This document shows, piece by piece, positions 38,997 through 52,161 of a stretch of 64,000 nt of DNA. The first letter of the stretch is position 1, and each line of letters begins with the position of its first letter. The stretch comes from Podarcis pityusensis. Its lineage: Eukaryota. Both the position numbers and the translations under genes were made by a program. The DNA is taken from the NCBI GenBank assembly GCA_964106645.2, contig OZ067047.1, one strand, 5' to 3'. The notes under the pieces were generated by a model. The model was not told where the DNA came from. It searched no databases and worked only from the letters and a program-made list of their open reading frames with translations.

Positions 38997-39063
38997 CTGC
39001 TCTCTGCTTTTTCTTCACCTCAAGCTTGATTTTGCTGGATAGTTTGTATATGGCTGTTCCCAT
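38997..39063 (-). CDS. RASSF3: Candidate alternative first coding exon of a long RASSF3 isoform
   Basis: GTG ATG G Kozak context; MGTAIYKLSSKIKLEVKKKQRA plus 1 nt; CAG|gtaggt donor; phase 1 fits the 35963 exon. Confidence 0.6.
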
Positions 39064-40264
39064 CACAGAGCATCTACAAGGCTGCGTAGGCAAGCAGATT
39101 AACAGATGCTCTACAAGCAGACGCAGATAATTGAGCTGTGCTGGATCTCATAAAACAACCAGGCTGCTGCTGCTCAAGAGAAGTTTCCATATTCTGCCAG
39201 ACTTATTTTTCAGCCTTTGTAGCCCTACACGCTGAAACCTTGATTTGAATTAGCTGATTTGACTTCCAAATAAACATTTGTAAATGGAGGCTAAAGTCTG
39301 CACAGAACCAAAACAGGGATAAGCACGTCGGATTTGGTATGGGCAGTGCCCCTTTCTTATATCTCTCTTGAATAAATTTTCATTTGAAGCCATGTTATAT
39401 CTGCCGCTCAGCTAGACAACTCTGTGCCCCAACAATCATGAAGTGCGGATGGAAGGCTTTGCCGCCTTCACAAAACATGTGACTGGTGCTGTAATTTCTG
39501 GCTAGGCTTGTCAATGGTTGGAGCAGACAAAAGGGGTGCCTAGATTCAGTCACATATTTCACAATCAATCATATTCGGCAATGCAGGCAGTTTGGTAGTG
39601 TGAGTATGGTGCCAATGACCCACACACACTGACCCTTTGTGAGTGACCCTCAAACCATCATCTTGCATGCCCAGGATCCAATCTAGAAGGATGATCAACG
39701 CACCTGTATTTGAAATGTGCAGTCTGAACTTCTGCACATTTACTCAGAAGCAATTCACACTGATGTCAGTAAGATTTACTTACACACACATACACACATA
39801 TGCATGCATTGGTTGCAGCCTTACAATGCAACCCTATACATGCTTAATCAGAAGTAAGGCCCACTGTTTCAATGGGGCAAATTTTTAGGCAAGTGAAGAT
39901 AGCACTGCAGCCTTGAATGGGATTTGTCTCTCAAGAAAACTCAGAGATGACGAAATTGAGAATCGCAAAAGAATCTATTATGCCAGCTTTCAGTTTCTAC
40001 AGTATAGGAATGCCTTCAGATTCAGATGCGAACATTTTTTTCTGGTTAGAAAAAGTAAAGTGAGATTATAATATTCCATTGGGAAAAATGTATTTGCATA
40101 TGAATGTATACAGTTTTGTATTTGGGGGGGATTTTAAAATATCTATTTAGAATACAGAATGTCTCTTTAGGATCTGGATTCTAGAATATCTCATCTTTTT
40201 AATGATTTGAAATTTACCTGTGATAAACTGGCAGGACAACGGGGAGGAGGAGGAAGAGTATCCC

Positions 40265-40813
40265 TGTGTGTGGTGTAGCCGGGACTGGGACACACAGGGA
40301 CACAAGCTGGGAATGGGGAAGGAGAGGTTGGTGTAGGAAGTACTCACAGGTGATGGAGGATGACAAGGAGATGGGGGTCCAGTGCACAGGAACCAGAGCA
40401 GCAGGATCCACCACCAGAGGGGCCCCTATCTCCACAAACATGGCATGCTCTGAGGCGTAGGGAGCAGTGGGACAGAAGCTTTAGGAGGCTAGGGCAGGCA
40501 AGGGCCCACAACCCAGCTCCCTAGCTGGCCACTAGCTCAGGGAGGAGGTGTGTGATTCTTCAGCTGGAGTAGACTCAGGACAGGTGAGGGACACCTGCCT
40601 CATCAAGCCCAGATGCTGCAATCTGCATGCAAAGTACCAAAAGGAAGCAGAGATGAGGTGCTGTGTCTGCTCAACTGCCCATGTTGATGGACCTCAGCTT
40701 GGATGCTCCCGGACCACTATGGACTGTGCTTTGGACTGTGGATATGTGGATTGACCCTGGACTGGAGACTTGACAAACTGACTTGCCGCCAGGTAGGCCA
40801 GGGCTTGACGACA
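40265..40813 (+). mobile_element. Degraded solo LTR
   Basis: GC/purine-rich block with TGT...ACA ends, organised like the 9653 LTR; no clean TSD. Confidence 0.45.
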
Positions 40814-42334
40814 TTACCTAATAATACTATCTGATACTGTTTTTGCCTACATAATCTCTACCACCCCTGTTTTTTACGTCTCTTACTCCATGCTGGGCTC
40901 CTTTACAAGCCGCAGCATATAAATTCAGTACATGACTAATGATGATGATGGTAACAACAGCAATAATAACATGCTATGTTACCAGTAGGATATTCTAGTA
41001 GGAATGGGGAAAACCTTTCAAATTTGCTCTGTGGAGTTTTATCCCAGTTCTGTTGTGTCGCTGACTTATTCCATAGCTGCAGACACCTCCCTTTTCTACG
41101 TCTTTAGGGGGGCGAAACACAGAAAATGTCCAATAAAGAAAACTAATGAATCTTGCAGGTATGTAATTTCTTGACAGGGAGCTGGGGATATGATTGGAAA
41201 ACAGGCATCAGTAAACTGCTGTTTACCCCCCTCTAAGAGTGAGCTGGTGAAATAGAGCCTTATATCACTTACATTTTCTATCACAAATTCAATAACGTTT
41301 ATGCATCTTGCATGAAGTCGAAAGCATTGAACAGGCCATTTTGTCAAATGGGAGTTGCCAAATTAAGGCAGAATTCTCATTGCTCCATATTTCCCTGTAT
41401 GTGCTTGAATCAGACTTGTGGTGAAGTTCTGGTCAAATAGGTTTTGAAAGCTTGGCACATTTTGGATTGTCTCAGATATCACTCTGCTTTGGGTTTTAGT
41501 ATATTTACTTCAGTGATTATTTACTGACCCCTAGTGCTGAGTGTACAACATCACAACAACAAAGCGGCATCCCTTGCTTGATTCTGTTTATTAAAATGGG
41601 TCTGAAGCACGTCTTAGACTGGCAATCGGATTTAACAGGTTTGCTAAAATAATTTATTTCCCATGTGACTCTTAGGAGATATAAAGCCCCAATGGTCTCT
41701 GTGAAACCTGCAGTATTCCTGTAAACAAAATAAATTGCAAGGGTAAACACAGACACACAATTGTGATTAAAATGTCCAGGTTCAGAACTGTCAGCCAGCC
41801 CCAAACCTGAGTCCTCTGACACTATATCTCTAGATAACAAAACAGGGAAAGGGCTCAGAGCTGGGAAAGAAAAAGAGGGTACACTGTCCCCCCTCTCCTC
41901 AATATCTCCCTGGCCTCCAGAGACCTGAACAGCACTTCAAGGCTTGCAGCTATCTGGAGACCTGGAACAAGAATATCCACTGGATGGGGGAGACACTGTA
42001 ACATTGCAGGTCCTACTTGCGTTGACTGTGTTCAGAGCAACAAACAGAAAAGCTAGATAGAAAAATACTGCATCGGCGCAGTCTTGGAAAAATGTTCATG
42101 TCTGCTTAGGAAGAGAATCTCACACTGAAGGTAGCCTCTCACTTTGACACTTCAGATTTTCTCTCTGAAAGGTGGCAATTAACACATTTCTAGTTGGGTT
42201 TCTTAGTGGAAAAGAGCTCTGGGACTGCGCCACAGTGGCGTGTTTTGCAGAAGCACTGTCAGAAATGGATGTTGTCTCATTGGCCACTGTGAGAACAGGA
42301 CGCTGGACTGGGTGGGACATGGGCCTGAGGCATG

Positions 42335-42585
42335 CCCAGATACTGACGTCCAACTCTGAGGGCCTCCCCTCACTGTGAGGTGTGAAGCTACAGGGAATCA
42401 GGCAGAGAGCCTTCTCGATAGTGATGCCTGCCCTGTGGAATGCCCTCCCAGCAGATGTCAAAAAGATAACTATTTGACTTTTAGAAGATATCTGAAGTCA
42501 GCCCTGTTCAGGGATTTTTTAATGTTTTACTGCTATTTTAATATTTTTTTGGGAGCCACCTAGAGTGGTTGGGGCAGCCCAGTCA
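42335..42585 (+). mobile_element. L2 LINE 3' fragment
   Basis: Same family as 56322-56735. Confidence 0.8.
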
Positions 42586-42734
42586 TCATCATCATAAACA
42601 ACTTAGGGTGTGGCATAATACTTCATACATAAAGTGCCATTTCATAGTGGGAGAAATTGCTTGACACTGTGGGCAGGAGGGGAGAAGATGTGAATCCAGT
42701 AAATTCTTAAACTCTGGTGACAAACAACTTGGTT

Positions 42735-43685
42735 TTTCCATTTCATCAGAATCAGGAGAGGCTGCGAAAGTGTTGGACCACTGTCTGGAAGAAGTGATGG
42801 GCTGGACAGGGGGCAAGACACTGAGGCTGAATCCTGATAAAATGGAGGTGTTGTGAATGGGCTGTTCCCATGTCCAGGAATTAGGTGGACCTGTTCTGGG
42901 AGAGGTTGCTGAAGGAATAGGTTTGTAGTTTGGGAGTAATCCTGGATTCTAACTTGTCACCACAGTCTCAAGTGGCTTCTGTGACTAGGAATATTTTGCC
43001 ATTCCTGGACTAGGATAGCCTGGCCTCACTTGTCTGTGCTCTGGTGACCTCCTGCCTGGATTGCTGCAATGCAATCTCCCTGGGGCTGCCCTTTAAGATG
43101 GTCCAGAGGCTGGAGCTAGAACACAATGCAGCTGCTAGACAGATAAGTGGATCAGCCTGATAGAAGCATGTATCACTGGTCCTGAAAGCACTGCAGTGGC
43201 TGCCAGGGAGCTACCACAAATCAAAGTGCTATTACTAGCATGCAAAGCCTAAAATGGCTTGAGACCCTAAAAGAGTGCCTTCCCCAATATCAACCATCTC
43301 AGGCTCTACGATTGCCATGGGAGGCCCTGTTGGTGCAACTGCTGGTGGTGTCCCTTCGTTGGCATTAACCCAAGACAGGGCCTTCTTGGTGGCTGCTCCC
43401 CATTTTTGGAATCCTGCCCCCCTCGGTACAGGGCACCTGTACTTTTCTTTATGAACTTTCAGAAAGAATTTGAAAACATTCCCGTTTACCCAGGCATTTG
43501 ATGACTGAGCCTTTCTGCTCCTGCAACCTTGAAATTGCTAGCTGTGAAAGTATGGCGTCGTTTGTGAATGTTTTGAATACATCGCTGTGCTATTTTTAAT
43601 TGTTCTTGCTTTAATGCTGATGTGTTTCCCACTCTGGGCTCCTTTGGGAGGAAAGGCTTGATATACGTTTAATACATAAATAAAT
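42735..43685 (+). mobile_element. Older degraded L2 LINE fragment
   Basis: Remnant ORF2 motifs (LRLNPDKMEVL; LDCCNA..LGLP; RAFLVAAP) with stops and frameshifts. Confidence 0.75.
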
Positions 43686-44152
43686 GGGTTTTCTAAAATT
43701 ATTAACCACGTGTAAAACATGGTGAGGAAGGCATTTCTCTCCTTCTCTCATGATAGCACCTGGGGTCACCTGACGGTAGGTTCAGGACAGGCTATGTTGA
43801 CCAAATGCATAATGAATGATATTGACTCGCAAAAGATGTGGTGGTAGCCATAAACTTAGATGGATCAAGTAAAGGATTAGGCAAACTCGGGAATGGCCAT
43901 TGCTTGTAGAAGCAACGTATCCCTGGTTCCAAGATGTTGGAAGATATCTTCCTTCCTTCCTTCCTTCCTTCCTTCCTTCCTTCCTTCCTTCCTTCTCCGC
44001 TCCTCCACATGCAGCTGCTGGGTGACCTTGGGCCAGTCACACTTCTTTGAAGTCTCTCAGCCCCACTCACCTCACAGAGTGTTTGTTGTGGGGGAGGAAG
44101 GGAAAGGAGAATGTTAGCTGCTTTGAGACTCCTGGAGGGGAGTGAAAGGCGG

Positions 44153-44302
44153 NNNNNNNNNNNNNNNNNNNNNNNNNNNNNNNNNNNNNNNNNNNNNNNN
44201 NNNNNNNNNNNNNNNNNNNNNNNNNNNNNNNNNNNNNNNNNNNNNNNNNNNNNNNNNNNNNNNNNNNNNNNNNNNNNNNNNNNNNNNNNNNNNNNNNNNN
44301 NN
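44153..44302. other. Assembly gap (150 N)
   Basis: Run of N; true length unknown. Confidence 1.
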
Positions 44303-44960
44303 TGCCATATGAAGCTGAATGCTAGAGCAGATGGCCTTAATCCACCAAAGCAATATTTTAAGAATATATCTCAAAAGAATGCATATGATCAGAATTCAGA
44401 CAGGAGCACGATGGGCCCATGTACCCACTGCTGCTTGGCACAAGTGTTCCCTAAAGAACAGCTTTCAAGTCTTCATTCAAACTCAATGAGGAGCTCTTCT
44501 CTTTCTCTGTCTCTGCCATAAGTGAAGCAGCAGCTTCAGACATCTTGTAAATAGTATATCTTTTTGCCCAGGCTTTCCCTAATCCATAAGATCAGTCCAT
44601 TTTTCTCTGTATAAATTTGCTGAACCCGTTTTTTAAATATGCTTCCATACTTTACTGTTGTATTTTTGTTTTAATGAAATTGTTACGGTGTTCATGTAGT
44701 ACACTGCTTAGATTTTAAAAAAATATTAAGCTGTTTATTATCTATCTACCAATGGAGATGTGCTGGTTCGAAGAGAAGAGTAAAAATCTTAGTAGGCCTG
44801 CTCAGACCCTTAGATGTGCTTCAAGCAACTTGACACAGACTAATTTATTTCTGCTACAACACTCATCACAAAACTGCGGGAGAAAGGGTTTTAGTTTTGT
44901 TAAGAGAACATGACTTCTCAATTTAAGTTCATTGCAGAGAAGAGGAAAAGATAAACTTAC

Positions 44961-45081
44961 CAGAAGATGTGCAAAGAAGCTTGATTTTTCTCCTCCTTGG
45001 GCTACCCAGTGATTTGGGGAACCAATAAAAAAACTGTGCTATCCTTCTAATTGTTTTGTTGAAGTCGTTTCTTATTGCCAT
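44961..45081 (-). CDS. RASSF3: Candidate distal first coding exon of a long RASSF3 isoform
   Basis: GCT ATG G Kozak context; MAIRNDFNKTIRRIAQFFYWFPKSLGSPRRRKIKLLCTSS plus 1 nt; consensus G|gtaagt donor; phase 1; a further in-frame ATG at 45165. Confidence 0.55.
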
Positions 45082-47086
45082 AGCTAAAGTCAGCCGACTG
45101 CTCTTGAGGTAACTGCACAGAAGTGCAGGAAGGAAGGAAAAAGCCTCAAATACCCACAACCCCATAAGATCGCCGTGAATAGAACCTCAGCCAGCATGTC
45201 TCAAGGCCACCTGTTGGTCCTAAATCCTCTCATCTACATTTAGTAAACTAGAGATCTCTATCTTTATATTCAGTCACATTACTATAACCAAACTGTATGG
45301 TGGTACAGTGAGAGGAATTCATCAGTATCTTTACAAAAATGCTGTTTAAAAAACCATTTCCTGTAGTATTTTTCTCAGGTTATATATGATCCCAACATTA
45401 AACAGGTGTTTTCCTTACAGAAATCCGTTAATCAAATCAACAGAGCATTCTTCCCACAATCTTATGAAGTGGGTGATGAATTATAAAGATACCTTGATAT
45501 TGTTACTATTTAGAATGAGGTGCTCTGTTACTAACATGTTTATTTGAAAATAAATCCTTTTCTGATTCTAAACTGTACTGCCAGGATCTATGCTAAAGTT
45601 TCCAATATGCAGTCTTAGGCTCAGTCTCTAACAAATCACTTTTGCTGACACTGAAATCCAACAAATGAATAAAATATATACAGTAGTGGCTTACTTTTGG
45701 CACCTCAAAATGAAAGTCTATAAATAAATGACATGCTTTTATATATAGATAAGAATGATGAATCTGTGCAACCGTGATGCTTATATTTTCATTGTGCTTT
45801 TAGATAATTACACTATTCTCATTAAACAAAACAGTGTCCAATTGAAAAGGATGCCCATATTTTTTACATTTGCTGCTGTTTAGAGTTTATTGCCTCCAGC
45901 TATCTCGTTTAAGTTGACATTTTCTTGGCTAAATCCAGACACAACAGCACACAAAACGTTATAGGAACAAAGATGTTGCATCAAAATTGTAAAATGACTT
46001 AAAAGCATTTGTGTAACACAGTGCATAGTACTGATGTTTCAGGAGATATTTATGTTTCACTCCTCCATACTAAAACATGTAAGATATTTAGACCCCCACT
46101 TTCAGATATTTTTAACTTACTGCCTTTTTCCAGTCTGAATCTTGATAGATTGTATTTCCTGCGTCAATGTGTCCTAGAAGATAAAGCAAACATTTCCACA
46201 GATATTCTTTTGTCTGTGTCTGTTTGAATATAAGAGACAGATATCCAACAGAAAAACTGTTTCCTAGTTTTCACTATATTGCATGGAAGCCAGAAGGAAT
46301 GTCGGAGCAAAGTATTTTAATGCAACTGGGAAGCCAAGGACCACTGAAAACATAATAAAAGTTAGGGTGTTTTGTATCTCAACAGCTAGATTGTTTATTA
46401 AACTCATAAACTTCTTAGAATCCCATCATGATTTAAGATGCTGAGTATGTCCCATAATACCCTGAGTGATGTATCTTCATGTGTTGTTTATTCAATTAAG
46501 ATTTTAATTCTTGGCTAGATCCATACTCTACACACTGTGAAAGCAGGATAATAGACTTGATGGGTCTTTAGTCTTATCTAGAAAAGGTGTCTTCTTATAT
46601 TTTAAATTCATTATTTTAAATTAAAAATGAAATGTACACCTTTTTTAAAAATACTTTTTCAGTGATAACTTAAAACACTGGCTATCCCTTTGTTTCTTTG
46701 CAGAATATTGGAAACACAAAGGACTGGAATTTCTATGATGGAATTGGAGAGTTTAAAAATGTAGGATGTGGCAACGTTCAGGCGAACTTGTTCCCAAGAC
46801 TTGTTAGGGACAAACGCTAGTTTCAGTCATATTGTAGCTGCGAGACTAAGATAAAGAACAAGTATCAGAAAATGGAATGCAGTTTGGTTGTTTTATTTTC
46901 TAGGTCACTTCTGTGTTTTCTTCACTCCTCACTTTCCTCTGTGGCCCTCTAGTCTTGTGCCATGCTCCCCCCATTTAAGTGATTTTCACCTGTGGAATAT
47001 CCTGGGCCCCCCCAGGGAGCCACGTGGCCCTCAGTTGAGAAACGCTGCCCTACCAGATGCATGGTTTTATTATTTGTGGTGACCTA

Positions 47087-47429
47087 AGTGGGTGGCGCTG
47101 TGGGTTAAACCATAGAGCCTAGGGCTTGCTGATCAGAAGGTCGGCAGTTTGAATCCCTGTGACAGGGTGAGCTCCCGTTGCTCGGTCCCTGCTCCTGCCA
47201 ACCTAGCAGTTCGAAAGCACATCAAAGTGCAAGTAAATAGGTTACGCTCTGGCAGGAAGGTAAACGGCGTTTCCATGCGCTGCTTTGGTTCGCCAGAAGC
47301 GGCTTAGTCATGCTGGCCACATGACCCGGAAGCTGTACGCCAGCTCCCTCGGCCAATAAAGCGAGATGAGCGCTGCAACCCCAGTGTCGTCCGCGACTGG
47401 ACCTAACGGTCAGGGGTCCATTTACCTTT
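47087..47429 (+). mobile_element. Sauria SINE
   Basis: Similar to the other copies. Confidence 0.9.
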
Positions 47430-47959
47430 AAGCCATATTTTGGTGTGGGGCCCCGCTTACATTGAAATTTCCGCCTTCATATTTGACCATTGTTGGTAAG
47501 CACAGGAATGCCTGACTGGGCCTTGCACCCAAAGAAAGCCCTAGACTGTATGGGATCTCATGCAATCCTGTAGAGGACACTCTCCTGAACACGAGTGCAT
47601 GATATGTGGTGGTACAAAGCAATATTGGAGTGGGCAACCCCAGTTCCACCCACCCCCATATTTTGGCTATTGCTGATCTGCATAAATGTGTTTCATAGTG
47701 CCATGTGCCAGCTCTAGGCCAGGTGAGATTTCAATGGCATCTTGTAGAGGACATTTTCATGGTTGTATCGGTGTATGATTTGTGGTGGAAATAGCCATAT
47801 TTTGCAGTGGCCACCTTCAGTTACCTGTTTTTTTTAAAAAATGGTTGCATGATGTAATCACATATTTATGAGCATTTCACAAGCATGTTGTTGACTGAAG
47901 AAAATTACCGTTGGGCTCAAAGGAGTGTGTCCTCTGATCATGGAGATATATATCATGTA

Positions 47960-48315
47960 AAAGGTAAAGGTAAAGGGACTCCTGACCATTAGGTCCAGTC
48001 GCGGACGACTCTGGGGTTGCGGCGCTCATCTCGCTTTATTGGTCGAGGGAGCCGGCATACAGCTTCCAGGTCATGTGGCCAGCATGACTAAGCCGCTTCT
48101 GGCGAACCAGAGCAGCGCACGGAAACGTCGTTTACCTTCACGCCAGAGCGGTACCTATTTATCTACTTGCACTTTGACGTGCTTTCAAACTGCTAGGTGG
48201 GCAGGAGCAGGGACCGAGCAGCGGGAGCTCACGCGTCGCAGAAATTTGAACCGCTGACCTTCTGATCAGCAAGCCCCAGGCTCTGTGGTTTAGACCACAG
48301 GGCCACCTGCATCCC
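47960..48315 (-). mobile_element. Sauria SINE
   Basis: TSD TATATATCATGTA. Confidence 0.93.
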
Positions 48316-51032
48316 TATATATCATGTAGGGTATCCCAAATATTATTTTGCAATTCAGAGACATACTTTACTTCGGAGTTCAGAACATATTAACTTTTCT
48401 TCTTTTTTCAGTGTTTCAAACTTTCAACCAAATAAGGAACTGGGAACTAGCAACCAACTTCAGCGTCCTGCTCATACCTTGTTGTTTTTTTAATTATTTC
48501 TTTCAACCCATTATCTTTCACACACTCTTAACAATGTTCTATAACACTGTGAGTATCCAGTCTTGAAGTCCAATGATGTACATTGCTTACGTACCAAGAT
48601 CAGCAATTCCTCATATCAAGGACAATGAATTAGAAGTGTGAAAAGAGATTTATTTCTCATGCTGCTGCCTAACTTGTGGTACATTGATTTGAAGAGAATT
48701 TTCGCAAGACCCACAGCCGCTGCCGATAGAGTTACTATACAGACTAAGAATGGTAGAGTTCCCTCTACAAATTAATATGAAAGCACAATGCAAAATATTG
48801 AACACTACAAAAAAGCAAGCTGGTATATGTCATATTGTTTACAACTTATCTTAATAATTTACATGGAGGAAGGGGGAACAGGACCTTTTTTCTCTTGAGT
48901 GCTGCGTACCCTGTAATGTAATCTGTTGGGGGCTGTAAGCAGGGGCAGAGACAAAAGCAATGTAGATTAATCCAGAATAGACTGTACTGCTTCAATTTTC
49001 ACCATGGCTACCACGGATTAGAATTCTCAGTCCTATAAAGGTGTCCTCAGAAATAAGCCCCTCTGGGTTATTTGGGGTTATTTTTTATTTTAGTATAGGA
49101 GACTAATATAGGTAATTTGAAAAGCAAGTAAAAGTAATTCCTTTCTTATTTTAGTGTGCCATATGCACATAAACATATACGATAGAAAGCTATCAATTTG
49201 TTCTTGGGCAGCTGAGAGAACCCCCCCCCAAAAAAAAAGCCCAGAAGAAAAGCTTAAAAAAAGTATTTTAATCAAATAAAACACTGCCCCTCACCGTTAT
49301 TCTGAAACTTCATAGAAAGACAGCAAAATCCTTTAAAATAAAATAAAATGAAACTAATAGAAAGGAAGGAACTCTGAAGGGATGGGAGAATGTGGCAGAA
49401 GTGCCTTCAGCAACATAAAAGCTGTCATCCATGATTTACACTATTTGTTTAAAACTGGTTTCAGTATATGGAAGAAAAATCGACCCTTCTCCAATTCCTC
49501 CCTTCAAAAATTATGTTATAGAGTAAACAGGATTATGCAAAATGATGATTCTGTAAAACAGAAAACGATAGCATAAAGTAAACACGTTACAGAAATATAA
49601 TCTCAACATTTCAGAATAGACATTTACATACAATAAGGCAGCAAAGTTTCACATAGATTTACTACCTATGATTTCCGTAGTCCTTCCAACTAGGTTATTG
49701 GAAACTTGGTAATGAAAATAAGAGCTGCAACAGTGAAATAATATTTCTTTATCCATTTGAGACTATGTAGAGACGGGTGATTTTTATTTGTATTTTGGCA
49801 TGTCAGAATGGAGGAGACAGAAGGTAGAGTTGATTAGAAATTTGATTAAAAGAAACGAAGGCCTCAACCCACAGAAATCTAGAATAGTCTCAGATCAATT
49901 GGGTCTCTCCTAGAACTTATCCAGAATACTCTGGCTTAGAACAACAGCCTTACTTTCTAGACACGTTGGAAAATAAGTTCCACTAAAGTCAGTAAGACTG
50001 AATTAGACTGGTTTTGTATGTGTGCATGTCTGTTGAATTAAAAAAATTTAAAACACAGTGTAAGGAAGGTAGCAGAAGCTCACTTCTCTACTACCTCCTC
50101 CCCATGATAGCTTATCAAATGCTGAACTAAATTTTGGGCCTCTGTGCTGAATGAGGTTGATGAGCTGTAAGGAAGATTCCCCAAAACTGGGCCAAGGCAC
50201 TTTCAGTGAGTGAGGAAAGTGCCAACTCTTCAGGGATCCCCTTTTCCAAGGCAACTGCGTAAACACCTGTGCCAATGTTTTACCTCAGTGTCAAACGCTT
50301 CACAATAGCTTTAATAAAAAAAGGAAAGAATTCTCCTACTTTAGTAGAACTGACAAAGATTAGAAACCAGTATATGGGCCACACCAGGCTCAATGTTTAG
50401 CATGTAAGAAAGTAAATGCTACTTTTGAAATTGTATGGTGTTTGGTTTTTTTTTTAAATGCCAGTAAGAATTAATAACAAGGTTCACTGATTTTGAGACA
50501 CACTCTATGCTAGCGAACATGTTACAGCTTTTCCGTCACCTGTTGATTTAGCAAATAGAAGATTCAATTTGTATGTGCTTTTAAATCCCAAACTGGCAGA
50601 TTATACATACTCAAACTGAACATGATTACAAACTCAAAAATATTTCCTTCACCATTAGTTAAGAGAGATACTTTTTCAAGAGGTAATCATACTTTTCCCT
50701 GTCTCTTTTTTTGTACTTTGTAAGAGACATCTGCTCACAATGAAAGACAGCAGGAAACAATTTCAGAGGATCATAAATGAGGTACTGTGCATTCAGGTGA
50801 CTTAAGGGGAAGCCCAATTTCCTTGACAAAAATGAAGTAGGGTTTTTCCAAGACCAGTTTCTCTAGCAACATTCACAAGTAAACAGGCAAGGACAGCATT
50901 TGAAGCAATTGCATTGTGTCGATGTGCTCATCACAATATGCAGCCGTCATTATTTCACACGGAGGAAAGTTCTGATGTTACTCCAAATGTTAAGACCACT
51001 TGTAACGTTACCAAAAGAAATATACTTTCTAT

Positions 51033-51057
51033 TATATACATTATGTACATATTTACA
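51033..51057 (-). promoter_or_regulatory. Three tandem Pumilio response elements in the TBK1 3'UTR
   Basis: Minus strand reads TGTAAATA TGTACATA A TGTATATA; each matches UGUANAUA. Confidence 0.6.
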
Positions 51058-51061
51058 TGCT

Positions 51062-51067
51062 TTTATT
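51062..51067 (-). terminator. Candidate proximal poly(A) signal of TBK1 (AATAAA)
   Basis: AATAAA on the minus strand about 95 nt after the stop codon; usage unknown. Confidence 0.4.
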
Positions 51068-51162
51068 AAATACTGAGGGGGAATGCCAAGTTCAGAAAAC
51101 TCTTTCAATGGATATACGCTCTTTCTGTGCAAATTCAGATTGTGTTGTGGTAAATTGTCCAG

Positions 51163-51214
51163 CTAAATACAATCCACATTCCTTGGGCCACCATCCATCG
51201 TCAAAGCACCAAAC
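51163..51214 (-). CDS. TBK1: TBK1 last coding exon with stop codon
   Basis: FGALTMDGGPRNVDCI-TAG; tttag acceptor; 52 coding bp. Confidence 0.96.
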
Positions 51215-51432
51215 CTAAACAAAAAAACACAATCATAGCATTTAATGCTGTCTCTGGTACACAGTATTGAGTGATTGTGCTGCAGTGCAGTGGAATGAAC
51301 TCATTCTGTTGATTTCTATGGGATCAGAGTTCAACTGACTTAGCTGGATCAAGCCCACTGGCTTGAATCGAACAAGTCTTTAAGACGCACCACAAGGAGT
51401 GCACCTGGAAGTACAAAATGAGTTTTTTTTTT

Positions 51433-51813
51433 AAAAAAAGGTAAAGGACCCCTGGATGGTTAAGTCCAGTCAAAGGCGACTATGGGGTTGTGGCGCTCAT
51501 CTTGCTTTCAGGCCGAGGGAGCCAATGTTTGTCCACAGACAGCTTTCCAGGTCATGTGGCCAGCATGACTAAACAGCTTCTGGTGCAATGGAACACTGTG
51601 ACGGAAACCAGAGTGCACAGAAACGCCGTTTACCTTCCTGCCACAGAAGTACCTATTTATCTACTTGCGCTGGTGTGCTTTCGAACTGCTAGGTTGGCAG
51701 GAGCTGGGACCAAGCAACAGGAGCTCACCCTGTTGTGGGGATTCGAACTGCCGACTTTCCGATTGGCAAGCCCAAGAGGCTCAGTGGTTTAGACCACAGC
51801 ACCACCCACGTTG
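51433..51813 (-). mobile_element. Sauria SINE (longer subfamily) in the last TBK1 intron
   Basis: Family body; 16-bp direct repeat CACCACAAGGAGTGCA at 51388-51403 and 51819-51834. Confidence 0.9.
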
Positions 51814-52161
51814 CCTTTCACCACAAGGAGTGCATTTGTGTGAGTACAGTGGAAGGGTCCACTGTGTCGGTCATTCCTAACTCTCCTTCCTGGTGGGATG
51901 CCAATTACATGGGAAACACTCAAGCGACCAGCGTCTCTGCACAGAATTCACACGTGCGCCTCTGCAGGGTGGGAAAGCACCATGCAGAAGTGGCTCCTTT
52001 GCTTCTGGTTGCACACAAGACGCCACTTCAAAGCATGGATCTTCTGCAAGCCGTGGGCCAACCCTCTTCAGGTGCACAAGAAATTCTCAAAAGAGATGCA
52101 CAGCTACGTGTTCACCGTATATGCTTGCTGCCAAACTAAGTTCCTTAAAACCCCCACTTAC

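Noticed and set aside
41517-41840. 107-aa ORF considered as the missing first half of the C1 domain (contains EPGHF and several Cys)
   Set aside because: No WCDxC motif or correct ligand spacing in any frame; the phase-1 reading from the nearby acceptor stops early. A badly decayed remnant cannot be excluded without alignment.
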